Assembly (NCBI GenBank): GCA_041666325.1
Contig: JBAYHC010000001.1
Span: 265,708 to 329,707, forward strand
Length of the DNA stretch: 64,000 nt
Source: Patescibacteria group bacterium
GTDB lineage: Bacteria > Patescibacteriota > UBA1384 > XYA2-FULL-43-10 > 1-14-0-10-43-13
Reading direction: 5' to 3'
Of the stretch, positions 45,948 to 56,033 are shown piece by piece (position 1 is the first letter of the stretch; every line of letters begins with the position of its first letter). The notes under the pieces were generated by a model. That model searched no databases, was not told the origin of the DNA, and worked only from the letters and a program-made list of their open reading frames with translations. A program made the position numbers and the translations under genes.

Positions 45948-47191
45948 AGCATCTCCTTCCTGTTGGTAAATTCCTCAAAGAACTCGGCATACTCACGAGA
46001 GATCTTTTCCCAGTTAAAGTGACGATTAATTCGAGACAGACATGCAAGCGAATAGTGTCCTCTGGCCTTGGCAAGAACTAGTTTTAGCTTCTCTGCAAGA
46101 TCGATGTGATTTCGAGGCTCCGCCAGATGCCCAGTAACACCGTCCCTAATAGTGAACTGAAGACCGCCGGTACGAGAAGCAACCACCGGCGTACCGCAAG
46201 CCATAGATTCTAGCGGAACAATACCAAAAGGCTCGTAATACGAGGGGACCACAACCACATCTGCAGCATTGTAGTAGCGAAAGAGTTGCTTTTGACTAAC
46301 CGGACCGACATAGACTACTTGCCCCTGTATGTTCAGCTCGGAAATTAGTTTTGATTGCCTTTCAAGCTCTTCCGCTTCGAGCATTTTTGCTGACTGGTTT
46401 GTGCTTCCGCCAACGACATATAGTTTACTGCTGGGATATTCTTTTTGCGCCAGAGCGAATGAACGCAATAGCGTTCCAATTCCCTTGCGCCATTCGAGCC
46501 GACCGACATAGAGAATATTTTTCTCGTCAGGCGACATCAATAACTTCGATTTAGGAGAAAAGGTAGTTGGTCGAAAAATCCTCGTATCAACTCCGATTGG
46601 TATGACCTTAATCTTCTCCTCGGCGACCTTAAAAATATCCATTATTGTAGCTTTTTCGACCGGGCTCGTTCCAATAATCCTGTCAACACTGCCAGTGATT
46701 GCAGCTTCTGATTTTAACCTCTCGGCAAACAAATCTGGGTTTGGGATTTGGTCAAACCGCTGAAATGTTTGAAGTCTAACCTGCCCGATCGAATGGAAAA
46801 CAAAAAAGTGGGGAAGATTAAGCCTTTTGCTTATCTCCATTCCCACTAAACCCGAGAGCCAGTAGTTAGAGTGAACTAAATCGTATTGTGTTTCTTCCTG
46901 CTCAATTCTTCTGAGTATATTCGCCGTGAATTCGGGAAGAAGAGATATAAACTCTTCCTTTGGCACATACCGCCTTGGTCCTGCTTTAACCCTTATCACG
47001 CGTATGTGATGATTAACCTTGGCTACTTCGATTTTATTAAGTCGATCCCACCTGGTAAAGATATCTACGAATATCCCAAGCCGCCCCAAGTACCGCGCCA
47101 GATAGTAGACGTAGATATTTTGCCCTCCAGCCTCTTTTGAGCCGATCTCCGCCAGCGGGTCGGAGTGATCGGAGATTAGTAATATTCTCAT
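45944..47191 (-). CDS. GT4 glycosyltransferase of the MshA / sucrose-phosphate-synthase-like subgroup
   Basis: MRILLISDHSDPLAEIGSKEAGGQNIYVYYLARYL (GGQNVYV hallmark), EPFGIVPLESMACGTPVVA; start set to MRILL (no SD; upstream TTG alternative). Confidence 0.75.
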   Translation of the reverse strand: MRILLISDHSDPLAEIGSKEAGGQNIYVYYLARYLGRLGIFVDIFTRWDRLNKIEVAKVNHHIRVIRVKAGPRRYVPKEEFISLLPEFTANILRRIEQEETQYDLVHSNYWLSGLVGMEISKRLNLPHFFVFHSIGQVRLQTFQRFDQIPNPDLFAERLKSEAAITGSVDRIIGTSPVEKATIMDIFKVAEEKIKVIPIGVDTRIFRPTTFSPKSKLLMSPDEKNILYVGRLEWRKGIGTLLRSFALAQKEYPSSKLYVVGGSTNQSAKMLEAEELERQSKLISELNIQGQVVYVGPVSQKQLFRYYNAADVVVVPSYYEPFGIVPLESMACGTPVVASRTGGLQFTIRDGVTGHLAEPRNHIDLAEKLKLVLAKARGHYSLACLSRINRHFNWEKISREYAEFFEEFTNRKEML

Positions 47192-47284
47192 GGTGTGCCG
47201 ACTGCGGCACACCACCTTAACACAGCGGCAAGAACGTGGCAATCAGATTTTTGTCACACACAAAAATTACCCAAATTAGAACTA

Positions 47285-47355
47285 TTTATTACAAGACACA
47301 AAGCAATGAAGTACGATACGGGTCGTAAAAGGAGTGAAACGACTATTACAAAACT
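47285..47355. repeat. Third locus of dispersed repeat family (TTATTACAAGACACAAAGCAATGAAG...GTCGTAAAAGGAGTGAAACGACTATTACAAAAC)
   Basis: Near-identity of the AAAAGGAGTGAA(A/G)CGACTATT(A/G)CAAGATA core to the other loci. Confidence 0.5.
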
Positions 47356-47360
47356 AGTAT

Positions 47361-48314
47361 TTAGCCGACAAGCGATGAATATGATTGACCGGCTCGCCTT
47401 AGATATTCTATCCATTGGTGCTTCTCAGCAGATAGAACCTTGTGCCAACCATTGCCGACAACGAGTCGTATCAGGCTTGCCCGAAAACACTCCTCGTCAT
47501 CCTTGGTTTTTATCCCCAGGCCAACCAGTTCCTTCTGCCAAACTGGATAGCGATAAAGATAGAGCCAAAGCTGGGCGATATCCATCATAAAATTGTCGAA
47601 TGTAAACCACTCGAAATCAGTCAGAACAAGAGATGAATCTTCTTTGATAATAATATTTGTTGGAACCAAATCACCGGTAATCACGCTCAATCTCTCACGA
47701 CTAAAGTATGTCTCAGAATAGGAATTATAGAAATCTAATTGTGGCTGGAGAGAAAAACCGATTTCTGATTCAATCATTTTGATATCATAAGTAGACAGAT
47801 CTCTGGGAAATTGAGGTCGCAAAAACTCATTAGAAAAATCAACACCCTTTGCCTCCGGATCATGCTCTCGAATCGAATCCAAGAAGCTTATTGTATCACC
47901 CAAAATCTGAACGTAGTCCCCAAGAAACTTATCCTTAATCAGACTATATTCGTAAACAAGGGGGCGTCCGGGCGTTTGGGAATATTGCGCGAGAGTCTCT
48001 CCAGGACAGTAGCTTCGAAGGACCCAGAAAAAATCACCAGACTCCCCCGAGCCAATTACTGCTGGAATTTTGGAAAACAACTCATTTCCAGAGGGGAAAA
48101 GCTTTTTCATTGCGTCAAAAGAGGCTATTTCCCTACGAAATTTGTAAAGAGTCCATGTGTCGGATTTGGCGGTAATCTTTAGGAATACTTTCTCTGATCC
48201 AATCAAGCCCTGGGCGAGAAACCGGCCGCCAGTCTGGTCATCATCAAGAAATACCTTTTCAATAATCAGGCTAAGCTTGTCGCATATATCTTGATAACCG
48301 GTTTTTATTGGCAT
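47361..48314 (-). CDS. APH-like (aminoglycoside/choline/sugar kinase fold) phosphotransferase
   Basis: ITGDLVPTNIII (HGD-type catalytic loop), LTDFEW (DFG-equivalent). Confidence 0.6.
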   Translation of the reverse strand: MPIKTGYQDICDKLSLIIEKVFLDDDQTGGRFLAQGLIGSEKVFLKITAKSDTWTLYKFRREIASFDAMKKLFPSGNELFSKIPAVIGSGESGDFFWVLRSYCPGETLAQYSQTPGRPLVYEYSLIKDKFLGDYVQILGDTISFLDSIREHDPEAKGVDFSNEFLRPQFPRDLSTYDIKMIESEIGFSLQPQLDFYNSYSETYFSRERLSVITGDLVPTNIIIKEDSSLVLTDFEWFTFDNFMMDIAQLWLYLYRYPVWQKELVGLGIKTKDDEECFRASLIRLVVGNGWHKVLSAEKHQWIEYLRRAGQSYSSLVG

Positions 48315-48328
48315 AATAAATTAAGTGA

Positions 48329-50521
48329 TTAGCTTTTAAACGATAGATAAGCAAGGAGATAAGTCACGATTGATTCAGCACCCTGATTCTGATTTACTCC
48401 ACGCCGCGTTACAGCGTCGAATACTCCGCGAGAAACATTGTCGTACACAATTGCGCCATTGATGTTGTTGCCAAAATACCACCCCATCCACTCGTGCGCT
48501 CTCTCCTTGTATTTCTTTTCGCTGGTCAAACGATAAAACTCATTATACATCAAGGCCATATCTCCAGCCTCGATTGATTGCTGGTCAAATATCGCTTTGC
48601 GCTGATTTTGGACATACCAACCATCCTGACCAATCGGAAGGGGGATCCCTTTGTAATGGCAGTTTTCACGCAAGAAATTGGCCGAGTCAATCGCAATCTT
48701 TAAATATTCTTTGTTGCCAATAATACCATAAGCCTTAGCAAGAGCATAAGGCACAATTCCGTTGGCGTATGTTAACGCCCCCTCAAACCATCGCCATTTC
48801 CCACTATCAGAGTTTTCTTTATACCTCTCAACTAATATGCCGGACAAGCGTTCGACTTCCTTTTTATTGCCAAGATAGCAATAACCGAGCAAATTATAAG
48901 CAATTGATTTTACAAAACCACATGTAATGTTTTTCTCATAAATTGGCAGAAGTTTTTTTGCCTCGCTTGTTATGACGGGATCTATTCCAGCAACAGAGGC
49001 GACATAAGACAGCGCCCAGAATGCTCTGGCTACTGAATCATCAGACGCAACAGAATCAACAAAATTTCTGTCCTTATCAAGAAAGTTGTGTATCAGACCA
49101 TTTGAATCGACAGCCTTGTGGAGGTAATTAAGATAGATCTTAGCTAGGACTTCCGCCTCTTCATTTCTAGTGCTTGATAGAAAATTGGCCGTCACGATCA
49201 GTGCTCGGGCCTGATCATCGAGACTATAACCAAAATCATAATTTGGCGCAGTGAGAACACAGTGCTGAACGATGCCGAACTCATCAGTTAGGTTTCTCAG
49301 ATATTTCAATGATGGCTTGTCTGCAAAATTTGGCATACGCTGCTTCCAGCGGTCCTTTTTTATAAAAAGATTAGACTCTAAAACTTTTAAATACTCAAGA
49401 CCAACCTTCGGCCAAATCATATCGCGGGCAAACTGGTAGCCCTTCAGGCACATCTTCTCGAAATTCGGTGACGATAGCAGTTTGTTTATCTCAGACGATA
49501 TTAGCTCCGGCTCCGGCAGAGTGATAATTCCCCTCCCCTTGGACAGAACCTCATTAGCATAGTTTGTTGGGGACGAAATTGCAGCACAGCCACAACCCAA
49601 AGCGTAGGAAAGAGTGCCGGAAAAAGCCTGCTTAAAATCAACCTGCGGAGCAAGATATATATCTGTTGCCTTTAGATAGTCGACAAGCTCACTATAGTCC
49701 AGATACTTGTTCACAAATTTTACATTGTCGCTAACGCCCTTCGTCTTGGCAAGATCAAGTAAACTGTTCCTGTAACTCTCACCCTCTCTCTTGAGGATAT
49801 TTGGATGCGTCGCACCGATTATCAGATAAGTGGTCTTGGGATATTGAGCTACAACCTTAGGCAGAGCTTCGATCGCATTTTCAATTCCTTTACCGCGATT
49901 AATTAAACCAAAAGTTGAGAGAACGGTTTGACCCTTCAGCCCAAGTCCTGCTTTTGCCTTTTCGCGCTCATCGAAGCGAACATTAGGTACGCCATGAGGA
50001 ACGATTTGAATTTTCTTGGAATCAACCCTGAACGTCTCGGTTAAAATCTTCTTGGCACTGTGGGTCATGACCACAACTGAGTCAGATAAATCCAGTATTC
50101 TCTGGGTTAACTTATAGCGATGCTCGCTATGCTCGCGCAGGACAGAGTGCAAGCTGGTAACAACCGGCTTGTTGAGGTTCTCCAATAAGCCTAAAACAAA
50201 CTTGCCGTCTTCACCACCATATATGCCGTACTCATGCTGAATGCTCACAACCTCAATTGAGCTATTGTTGAGAAATTCTGCTGCTTTGACGTATGATTGC
50301 TCGTTGTATTGATCGATCTCAAAAATTATCCTGCTAGAATATTTATATTTGCCCTTCTCGTCGCTTACGGCCACAATCTTCGTTTGGTTTCTAACATACA
50401 TTTCATCAAAAATCCTAACGAATGACTTGGTAAATGTGGCAATCCCACACTCGCGTGGAGGATAAGTTGAGATAAAGGCAATTTTAATCTTTGATTTGTC
50501 CATCGAGCTCCGTCCTTTCAA
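48329..50521 (-). CDS. Fusion protein: N-terminal GT4 glycosyltransferase + C-terminal ~330-aa alpha-helical (alpha/alpha)6-barrel glycoside-hydrolase-like domain
   Basis: N-terminal GT-B pattern (KIAFISTYPPRECGIATF...); C-terminal domain assignment is inference from helix-rich W/Y/G pattern. Confidence 0.6.
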   Translation of the reverse strand: MKGRSSMDKSKIKIAFISTYPPRECGIATFTKSFVRIFDEMYVRNQTKIVAVSDEKGKYKYSSRIIFEIDQYNEQSYVKAAEFLNNSSIEVVSIQHEYGIYGGEDGKFVLGLLENLNKPVVTSLHSVLREHSEHRYKLTQRILDLSDSVVVMTHSAKKILTETFRVDSKKIQIVPHGVPNVRFDEREKAKAGLGLKGQTVLSTFGLINRGKGIENAIEALPKVVAQYPKTTYLIIGATHPNILKREGESYRNSLLDLAKTKGVSDNVKFVNKYLDYSELVDYLKATDIYLAPQVDFKQAFSGTLSYALGCGCAAISSPTNYANEVLSKGRGIITLPEPELISSEINKLLSSPNFEKMCLKGYQFARDMIWPKVGLEYLKVLESNLFIKKDRWKQRMPNFADKPSLKYLRNLTDEFGIVQHCVLTAPNYDFGYSLDDQARALIVTANFLSSTRNEEAEVLAKIYLNYLHKAVDSNGLIHNFLDKDRNFVDSVASDDSVARAFWALSYVASVAGIDPVITSEAKKLLPIYEKNITCGFVKSIAYNLLGYCYLGNKKEVERLSGILVERYKENSDSGKWRWFEGALTYANGIVPYALAKAYGIIGNKEYLKIAIDSANFLRENCHYKGIPLPIGQDGWYVQNQRKAIFDQQSIEAGDMALMYNEFYRLTSEKKYKERAHEWMGWYFGNNINGAIVYDNVSRGVFDAVTRRGVNQNQGAESIVTYLLAYLSFKS

Positions 50522-50626
50522 AAAAACAGCTTATGCCGGTTACCACACAATTTATTCCCAAGCATAAGCAAAATTATATGAACATACCATAACCGCAAAA
50601 GCGCCATTTGTCAATGCTAAAAGACG

Positions 50627-51574
50627 CTAAATATTGCCCTTAGCAGCCACCATTCCGATCGAATGATAAACCTCATCTCTGTCCGAAACGGCCAATCCAA
50701 TACCCTGATCACCTGCACCATAATATGTTAAAAATTTATCGTCCACTTCGATTAAGCCTGTTGGAAAAACCACGCTATCTACCAACCCTCTCTGCTCATA
50801 TATCCGCTCTGGCTGAAAGATAGGCTCATCGCTACGAGCAATTACGTGGCTCGGGTTAACTAAGTCTAGCAACATCCAACCTGTGCGATATGTTGGTCTA
50901 GTATCTACGCCATGATATACAAGAAACCAACCAAACGGAGTCCTTATAGGTGGTGCACCTGCCCCAATCTTAACACTATCCCAGAGGTCCTTGCGAGGCT
51001 TAGCGATAGAAACATGACCAGACCAATCGCGAAGATTATCAGAAAAGGAGATCCAAATATCAGGATAGACTCGATGCAACAGAACATACTGTCCTGCCAC
51101 TTTTTCTGGAAACAATACCGCGTCCTTTGAGTCAAATTCCGGCAAAACAACACCGAAATCAACGAAACTCTGAAAATCAGTTGTCTCTGCTAAAGCCACT
51201 CTCGTTCTCCAAGGGGGCTCAGATAATTCACCGATCAATTCTTTGACCGGGTACACAGAGGCAAGGGTGTATGTTATAAGAAACCTGTCCTCAATTCTGA
51301 CAACGCGAGGATCCTCGCATCCCAGGCGACCATCGATGTTACCGGGGGTCGTCTCAAAAACAGGCAGTTCTGAACGTTCTCTGAAGTCAATTCCATCCGG
51401 TGAGCAAGCATAGCCAAAACGAGAGATACGATCAATGCCCATTGCCCTGTATAGCATATGTATCTTGCCTGCATCACAAACTACTCCCGGGTTGAAGACT
51501 GACTGTGCCTCCCACCACTTCTCTGCCCGCGGCGCCAGAATGAGGCTATCGGTAGATCGGTTAAGTTTAAACAT
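50627..51574 (-). CDS. GH130 family glycoside phosphorylase/hydrolase (beta-mannoside phosphorylase-like, DUF377)
   Basis: WEAQSVFNPGVV...GKIHMLYRA...GCEDPRVV...FLVYHGV motifs. Confidence 0.75.
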   Translation of the reverse strand: MFKLNRSTDSLILAPRAEKWWEAQSVFNPGVVCDAGKIHMLYRAMGIDRISRFGYACSPDGIDFRERSELPVFETTPGNIDGRLGCEDPRVVRIEDRFLITYTLASVYPVKELIGELSEPPWRTRVALAETTDFQSFVDFGVVLPEFDSKDAVLFPEKVAGQYVLLHRVYPDIWISFSDNLRDWSGHVSIAKPRKDLWDSVKIGAGAPPIRTPFGWFLVYHGVDTRPTYRTGWMLLDLVNPSHVIARSDEPIFQPERIYEQRGLVDSVVFPTGLIEVDDKFLTYYGAGDQGIGLAVSDRDEVYHSIGMVAAKGNI

Positions 51575-51583
51575 CTTGGTAAT

Positions 51584-52588
51584 TTAACGCGGTTCGCCCG
51601 CCAGAGCAACACCTATCTCGTCAAGATTGAGAGTCTGATTTTTGAGATCAAGTAATCTCGTTAGCATTTGATAAAAATAGTTAAAGCCTTCTTTGACAAC
51701 GCTCATTTCATAAGGGTTCTTCTCTGGGTTCTCCATAGAGTAAGTCCAGTGCTGAAGCTCTCTTGATATTTGGTAAACCAACATTGGCAATAGTGTTTGG
51801 ACAAGCTGGTCCGAGGCAGAAGTACTTAAACCTGCCTTGAATCTCTCGGCTAATAATGTTTGCGCCTCCGGATAACGCCAGGACGTAGCCCAAATATGAA
51901 CAAAATCCTCAACACAACTCCCCAAATGGGCAGATTCCCAATCAGTCACCAAAACAGCCTTATCAGCGAATACTATGTTTCCAAAGTGAAAATCACCATG
52001 AACAAGTCCTTCGCCCGCCATCAAGTATTTGGTAGGCCCAGAGATTATTTCACTTACCCTGGAAAGAAAGTTCGGAATATATTTGTGAAGTCGAGCAGCG
52101 CACTCTTCCATCGGCTTTAAATAATAAAATGGTGAAATTTCTTTTAATGACAACGGTGCACGGAATGAGTCCAGCTCGAAGATAACATTGATGGCATTGA
52201 TACACCGATCTCGCAGATTGGCTTGATTGTCCAAGATGAGATGAACATCACCAACAACATCTCCCTCGACATATTCCCTGAGGTACCAGGAAAAATCACC
52301 AGTTTCACAGTCAACAATTTTCGGAACGACGAATGATCTGAAAGAGATTTCTCCAAGCTGTTGATTTAGCCCAATCTCCTTCTTGAACGGCTGAGACCGA
52401 TTGTCCCCCTCAAAAACCAAGGCCTTAAAAAAGTATCGTTTGCCGTCTTTTCCGTCACAGATTGTTTTAAAAAACTTTTTGCCCGAGATCTCAGCATCGC
52501 TAAGATATTGGTCGGGAGCCAGACCAGGAACCAACTGCTTCTCTGCCAGAAGACCACTAATTTTTTTATCAATTTCTGGTATCAACAT
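51584..52588 (-). CDS. APH-like phosphotransferase (second paralog)
   Basis: LVHGDFHFGNIVF, LVTDWES motifs. Confidence 0.6.
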   Translation of the reverse strand: MLIPEIDKKISGLLAEKQLVPGLAPDQYLSDAEISGKKFFKTICDGKDGKRYFFKALVFEGDNRSQPFKKEIGLNQQLGEISFRSFVVPKIVDCETGDFSWYLREYVEGDVVGDVHLILDNQANLRDRCINAINVIFELDSFRAPLSLKEISPFYYLKPMEECAARLHKYIPNFLSRVSEIISGPTKYLMAGEGLVHGDFHFGNIVFADKAVLVTDWESAHLGSCVEDFVHIWATSWRYPEAQTLLAERFKAGLSTSASDQLVQTLLPMLVYQISRELQHWTYSMENPEKNPYEMSVVKEGFNYFYQMLTRLLDLKNQTLNLDEIGVALAGEPR

Positions 52589-52597
52589 TTATTCACC

Positions 52598-53620
52598 CTA
52601 TTTCTTTAAAACAAATTTGTCTGCACTTTCGGCCTTCTTCTCCTGTAAATATCCCGCAGCAGCCTCTGGTGCCATGACATTGATTATTACATCACTGCCA
52701 AGCTCGAAGCCACCATAATTAGCAATCCTTGGCACAATTTCAATATGCCAATGATAGGAGGCGGAATCATCTAGAATCGGTGGCAAGGTATGAACATAAA
52801 AATTTAGAGGCGGATTTCCAAGAGTCTCATCCAACATGTGAAAAACGTTTTGCGATATCTCAGCCAGAGCAGACATGCTTACCCTCGACGTTAACTCGAA
52901 CTGACTTTCGTGGCGCTTGGGTATTATCCAAGTTTCAAATGGAAAACGCGATGCAAAAAAGTTTATGGCAATATAATGATCATTCTGCCATATTATTCGA
53001 ATTTTTTCCCTCATTTCATGCTTAACAATATCACAATAAACACAAGCACCGTTTATTCCGTAGTACCTATCTGACCCATCCATCTCTCGCCCAACCGTAT
53101 TGGCCACTATTCCGGACGCAAATATCTGAGCATGAGGATGCTCAATTGATGCGCCTGCTTCAGCGCCATGATTGTAGATTGGCATAATAGACACGACGTT
53201 CTCGTGCTTTTTCATCCACAGATACCTTTCCCTGATTGTCTCGAACAATTCAGCGAGAACGACTCTTGGAAACTTCATCAGTGAAAGATCGTGATCCTTC
53301 ACAATCACAACCTCATGATCTCCAGTCGAAGGACGTGCACGATAGAAGCCCTCCTCTGGGTAAAAACTCCTCGTGCTATTCGGAGTTTTGCCCTCCTGAA
53401 AAGCAGGAAAACGGTTCTCAATTACATAAACATTTTCAGTGGACGATCCCCGCACCCTGTCGTTGTCCTTATATTTGTCCGAACCCTCACAAAATGGACA
53501 TTCACATTTGGGCACTACCTTTTGACTTTTGGGAATCAAAAAATCTTGGGGCCTCTTTGCTCTTTCGGGAGCAACAACAACCCAGTCTCCGGTAATAATA
53601 TTTTGGCGAAGTTGCGGCAT
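52598..53620 (-). CDS. Galactose-1-phosphate uridylyltransferase-type HIT enzyme (GalT family; could be ADP/UDP-sugar phosphorylase)
   Basis: CPFCEG zinc site, HPHAQIFA (HxHxQ) active site; start set to MPQLRQNI. Confidence 0.7.
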   Translation of the reverse strand: MPQLRQNIITGDWVVVAPERAKRPQDFLIPKSQKVVPKCECPFCEGSDKYKDNDRVRGSSTENVYVIENRFPAFQEGKTPNSTRSFYPEEGFYRARPSTGDHEVVIVKDHDLSLMKFPRVVLAELFETIRERYLWMKKHENVVSIMPIYNHGAEAGASIEHPHAQIFASGIVANTVGREMDGSDRYYGINGACVYCDIVKHEMREKIRIIWQNDHYIAINFFASRFPFETWIIPKRHESQFELTSRVSMSALAEISQNVFHMLDETLGNPPLNFYVHTLPPILDDSASYHWHIEIVPRIANYGGFELGSDVIINVMAPEAAAGYLQEKKAESADKFVLKK

Positions 53621-53689
53621 CAAACCCTCCAAAAGGTATCGTTTTTTATTACAAGATATTATAGACAAGAACTCGGTGCGCAACAAAGG

Positions 53690-53787
53690 GTTAATACCCC
53701 ACAGCTTGCTGCGGAACCCTGGGCCTGGGGCTTCCTTTAACCACGAGCAGCCCAGGATCGAGCGGTGCCACGGGGTATTGTACCCAT
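53690..53787 (-). ncRNA. Candidate structured GC-rich RNA element (~100 nt; outer helix GGGUACAAUACCCC / GGGGUAUUAACCC closing internal CCUGGGC/GCCCAGG and GCUGC/GCAGC helices); possibly a small SRP (4.5S)-like RNA or a ruvC 3-prime structure
   Basis: Local GC >60% in AT-rich intergenic DNA; nested inverted repeats read by eye; contains AGGAAGC reminiscent of SRP helix 8 but no clean GGAA tetraloop. Confidence 0.25.
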
Positions 53788-53797
53788 TATAAGAGTA

Positions 53798-54310
53798 CTA
53801 GATTCTACTTTGTGCATTGATCATCTGGCGACTTGATTGAGCGTGGCAAATTGCAATAGCAAGCGCATCAGCTGCATCGTCAGGCTTCGGAATAGTATCA
53901 AGGCAACAGACCATCTTGACCATCTCTTGTATCTGTCTCTTTTCGGCACGACCATATCCGGTCAATGCTTGTTTGACTTGGAGAGGGGTGTATTCAAAAA
54001 CAGGACGACCGCTTTTTACTGCTGAGAGTACCGCAACACCACGAGCTTCCGCCACCTCCATCACCGTTTTCTGATTTTTAAAAAAGAAAAGTTTCTCAAT
54101 CGCCACCTCATCAGGAGTATTCTTTTTTATTATAACACGTAGCTCTTCATATATAGCAATAAGTCGGTCGGGCAAGTACGAATTTTTTTCCGTCACAATA
54201 CAACCATAATCTAGGGCACGGATAGTTCCCCTATCCCTCTCGACTAGGCCCCATCCCAAAAGATTGATTCCAGGATCAATGCCAAGTACTTTTATTGGTT
54301 TCGAGCTCAT
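53798..54310 (-). CDS. ruvC: Crossover junction endodeoxyribonuclease RuvC
   Basis: KVLGIDPGINLLGWGLV...DAADALAIAICHA motifs. Confidence 0.85.
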   Translation of the reverse strand: MSSKPIKVLGIDPGINLLGWGLVERDRGTIRALDYGCIVTEKNSYLPDRLIAIYEELRVIIKKNTPDEVAIEKLFFFKNQKTVMEVAEARGVAVLSAVKSGRPVFEYTPLQVKQALTGYGRAEKRQIQEMVKMVCCLDTIPKPDDAADALAIAICHAQSSRQMINAQSRI

Positions 54311-54392
54311 AATCCCTCTGCAGCATAAGCAAATAACTGATCAGACTTGTTAGTCATTGGGTGCGAAAATTTTTGTCGCCCACCTCAGACTA

Positions 54393-55121
54393 CTATGCCA
54401 TATTAGTGTATACATTAGTCACATCCTCGAGCTCTTCGATTTTTTCAATTAAGTTTGAAACTGAGTCTGCTTTCTCGCTGGGAAGCAGAACAGGAGTTGT
54501 TGCAACTTGAATAATCTCTGCGGAATCAACAATAACACCCTTTTCTTCAAGGGCGCTTTTTACTGAGTGAAGGCTACCCGGTGCTGTCCGAACGACATAG
54601 AATCCATCCTCAGAATCAAAATCATCGGCACCCGAATCAATAATCACCATCTCAAGTTCTTCCCCTTTAGCATTGCTCTTGCTCTCGCTGAGTGCTATCT
54701 CTCCAACTGTCCGAAACTGATACAAAACACTGCCACTCCCAGCCATGGATCCACTATACTTGTTTAGTATTGCCTTTATATCAGAAACAGTGCGATTGCG
54801 ATTATCTGTCAACGTTTCTATGAGCATCGCAACCCCCGATGGGCCGTATGCCTCATAAGTTACCTCTTCAATCTTTACGCTGTCGCCGCCCTCGCCTAAT
54901 CCGCGCTTAATAGCGCGTTCTATGTTTTCCTTGGGCATGCTAACTGCGCGCGCGTTATCCATTGCCATGCGAAGAGAGGGATTAAAGTTAGGATCGCCAC
55001 TTTTACCGTCTCTGGTAGCAATCGTTATGAGTCCGGCCAGCTTGGTGAAGATTTTCGCCCTCTTCGAGTCAATTGCAGCTTTTTTCCTTTTGGTTGTTGC
55101 CCATTTGCTATGTCCTGACAT
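54393..55121 (-). CDS. yebC: YebC/PmpR family DNA-binding transcriptional regulator
   Basis: MSGHSKWATTKRKKAAIDSKRAKIFTKL canonical N-terminus. Confidence 0.85.
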   Translation of the reverse strand: MSGHSKWATTKRKKAAIDSKRAKIFTKLAGLITIATRDGKSGDPNFNPSLRMAMDNARAVSMPKENIERAIKRGLGEGGDSVKIEEVTYEAYGPSGVAMLIETLTDNRNRTVSDIKAILNKYSGSMAGSGSVLYQFRTVGEIALSESKSNAKGEELEMVIIDSGADDFDSEDGFYVVRTAPGSLHSVKSALEEKGVIVDSAEIIQVATTPVLLPSEKADSVSNLIEKIEELEDVTNVYTNMA

Positions 55122-55279
55122 TCTGCTCCTTTCTGGTACGATTCAACATACTTCTCGTCTCTCTAGTTCATTTTAAGCTGAAACAGGCTCGCTTGGCAAG
55201 AGAAGAGACTTGCTCTTGAACTTTATGGCCAGATTAGAGATAATCCTTCCAGTATTAACAAACCTTAGATGGGGAAAAG

Positions 55280-56032
55280 ATGAATAATATATTTGAGGAA
55301 AGTCTAAAAACACTCGAGGGCAAAACTGCTGTAATAACTGGTGGCACCAGTGGGATAGGGCTCTCAACCGCCCTCAATCTCGCCTCTCTGGGTTGTAAAA
55401 CACTTGTCTTCAGTCGAGACAAGGACAAAGTATCTGCAGCACTAAAAAGAGTGGGCAACCCGAAAAACATTATTGGAGCCAGTGCAGATGTGACAAAGTA
55501 TGATGAAGTCAAAGATGTTTTTGATCAGGCAGAGCGAGAATTAGGCAGAATTGACATACTTATAAACAATGCGGCTATCCCGGCAGGAAATGTTGTCGAC
55601 AGTGAATATCCGGACTGGCAAAACGCAATCAACACGATGCTAATCGGATATATGTCATGTGCCAGAGAAGCAGCTCTTCGAATGAGAACACAAGGAAAGG
55701 GACATATTGTCAACGTGGGATCACTCAGTGCTGAAGTATTTGACCATAATAGTGATATTTATGTTGCAGCCAAATCAGGAGTTAGAGGATTCACCTTCTC
55801 GCTGCGTAAAAAATTAACGAAAGACAACATCAAGGTAAGTCTAGTTGAACCAGGCCTGGTTGCTACAAACCTCCACACATTAACCCAAGAAGAAAAAGAA
55901 AAGTTAGAAACATCCGGAAACATTCTTCAGCCCAATGATATTGCGAGAAGTATCATCTTTATCCTAACTCAATCTTGGTATAGTGACATTACTATGCTTC
56001 AGATCAGGCCACACGGCCAGAGCACCCTTTAG
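55280..56032 (+). CDS. Short-chain dehydrogenase/reductase (SDR) family oxidoreductase
   Basis: TAVITGGTSGIGLSTA (TGxxxGxG), NNAA, YVAAKSG (YxxxK) motifs. Confidence 0.8.
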   Translation: MNNIFEESLKTLEGKTAVITGGTSGIGLSTALNLASLGCKTLVFSRDKDKVSAALKRVGNPKNIIGASADVTKYDEVKDVFDQAERELGRIDILINNAAIPAGNVVDSEYPDWQNAINTMLIGYMSCAREAALRMRTQGKGHIVNVGSLSAEVFDHNSDIYVAAKSGVRGFTFSLRKKLTKDNIKVSLVEPGLVATNLHTLTQEEKEKLETSGNILQPNDIARSIIFILTQSWYSDITMLQIRPHGQSTL

Positions 56033-56033
56033 T

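Noticed and set aside
53690-53787. TPP riboswitch (GGTTAATACC resembles the TPP P3 loop)
   Set aside because: Lacks the CUGAGA and GGGGUGC signature elements and sits downstream, not upstream, of the flanking genes.
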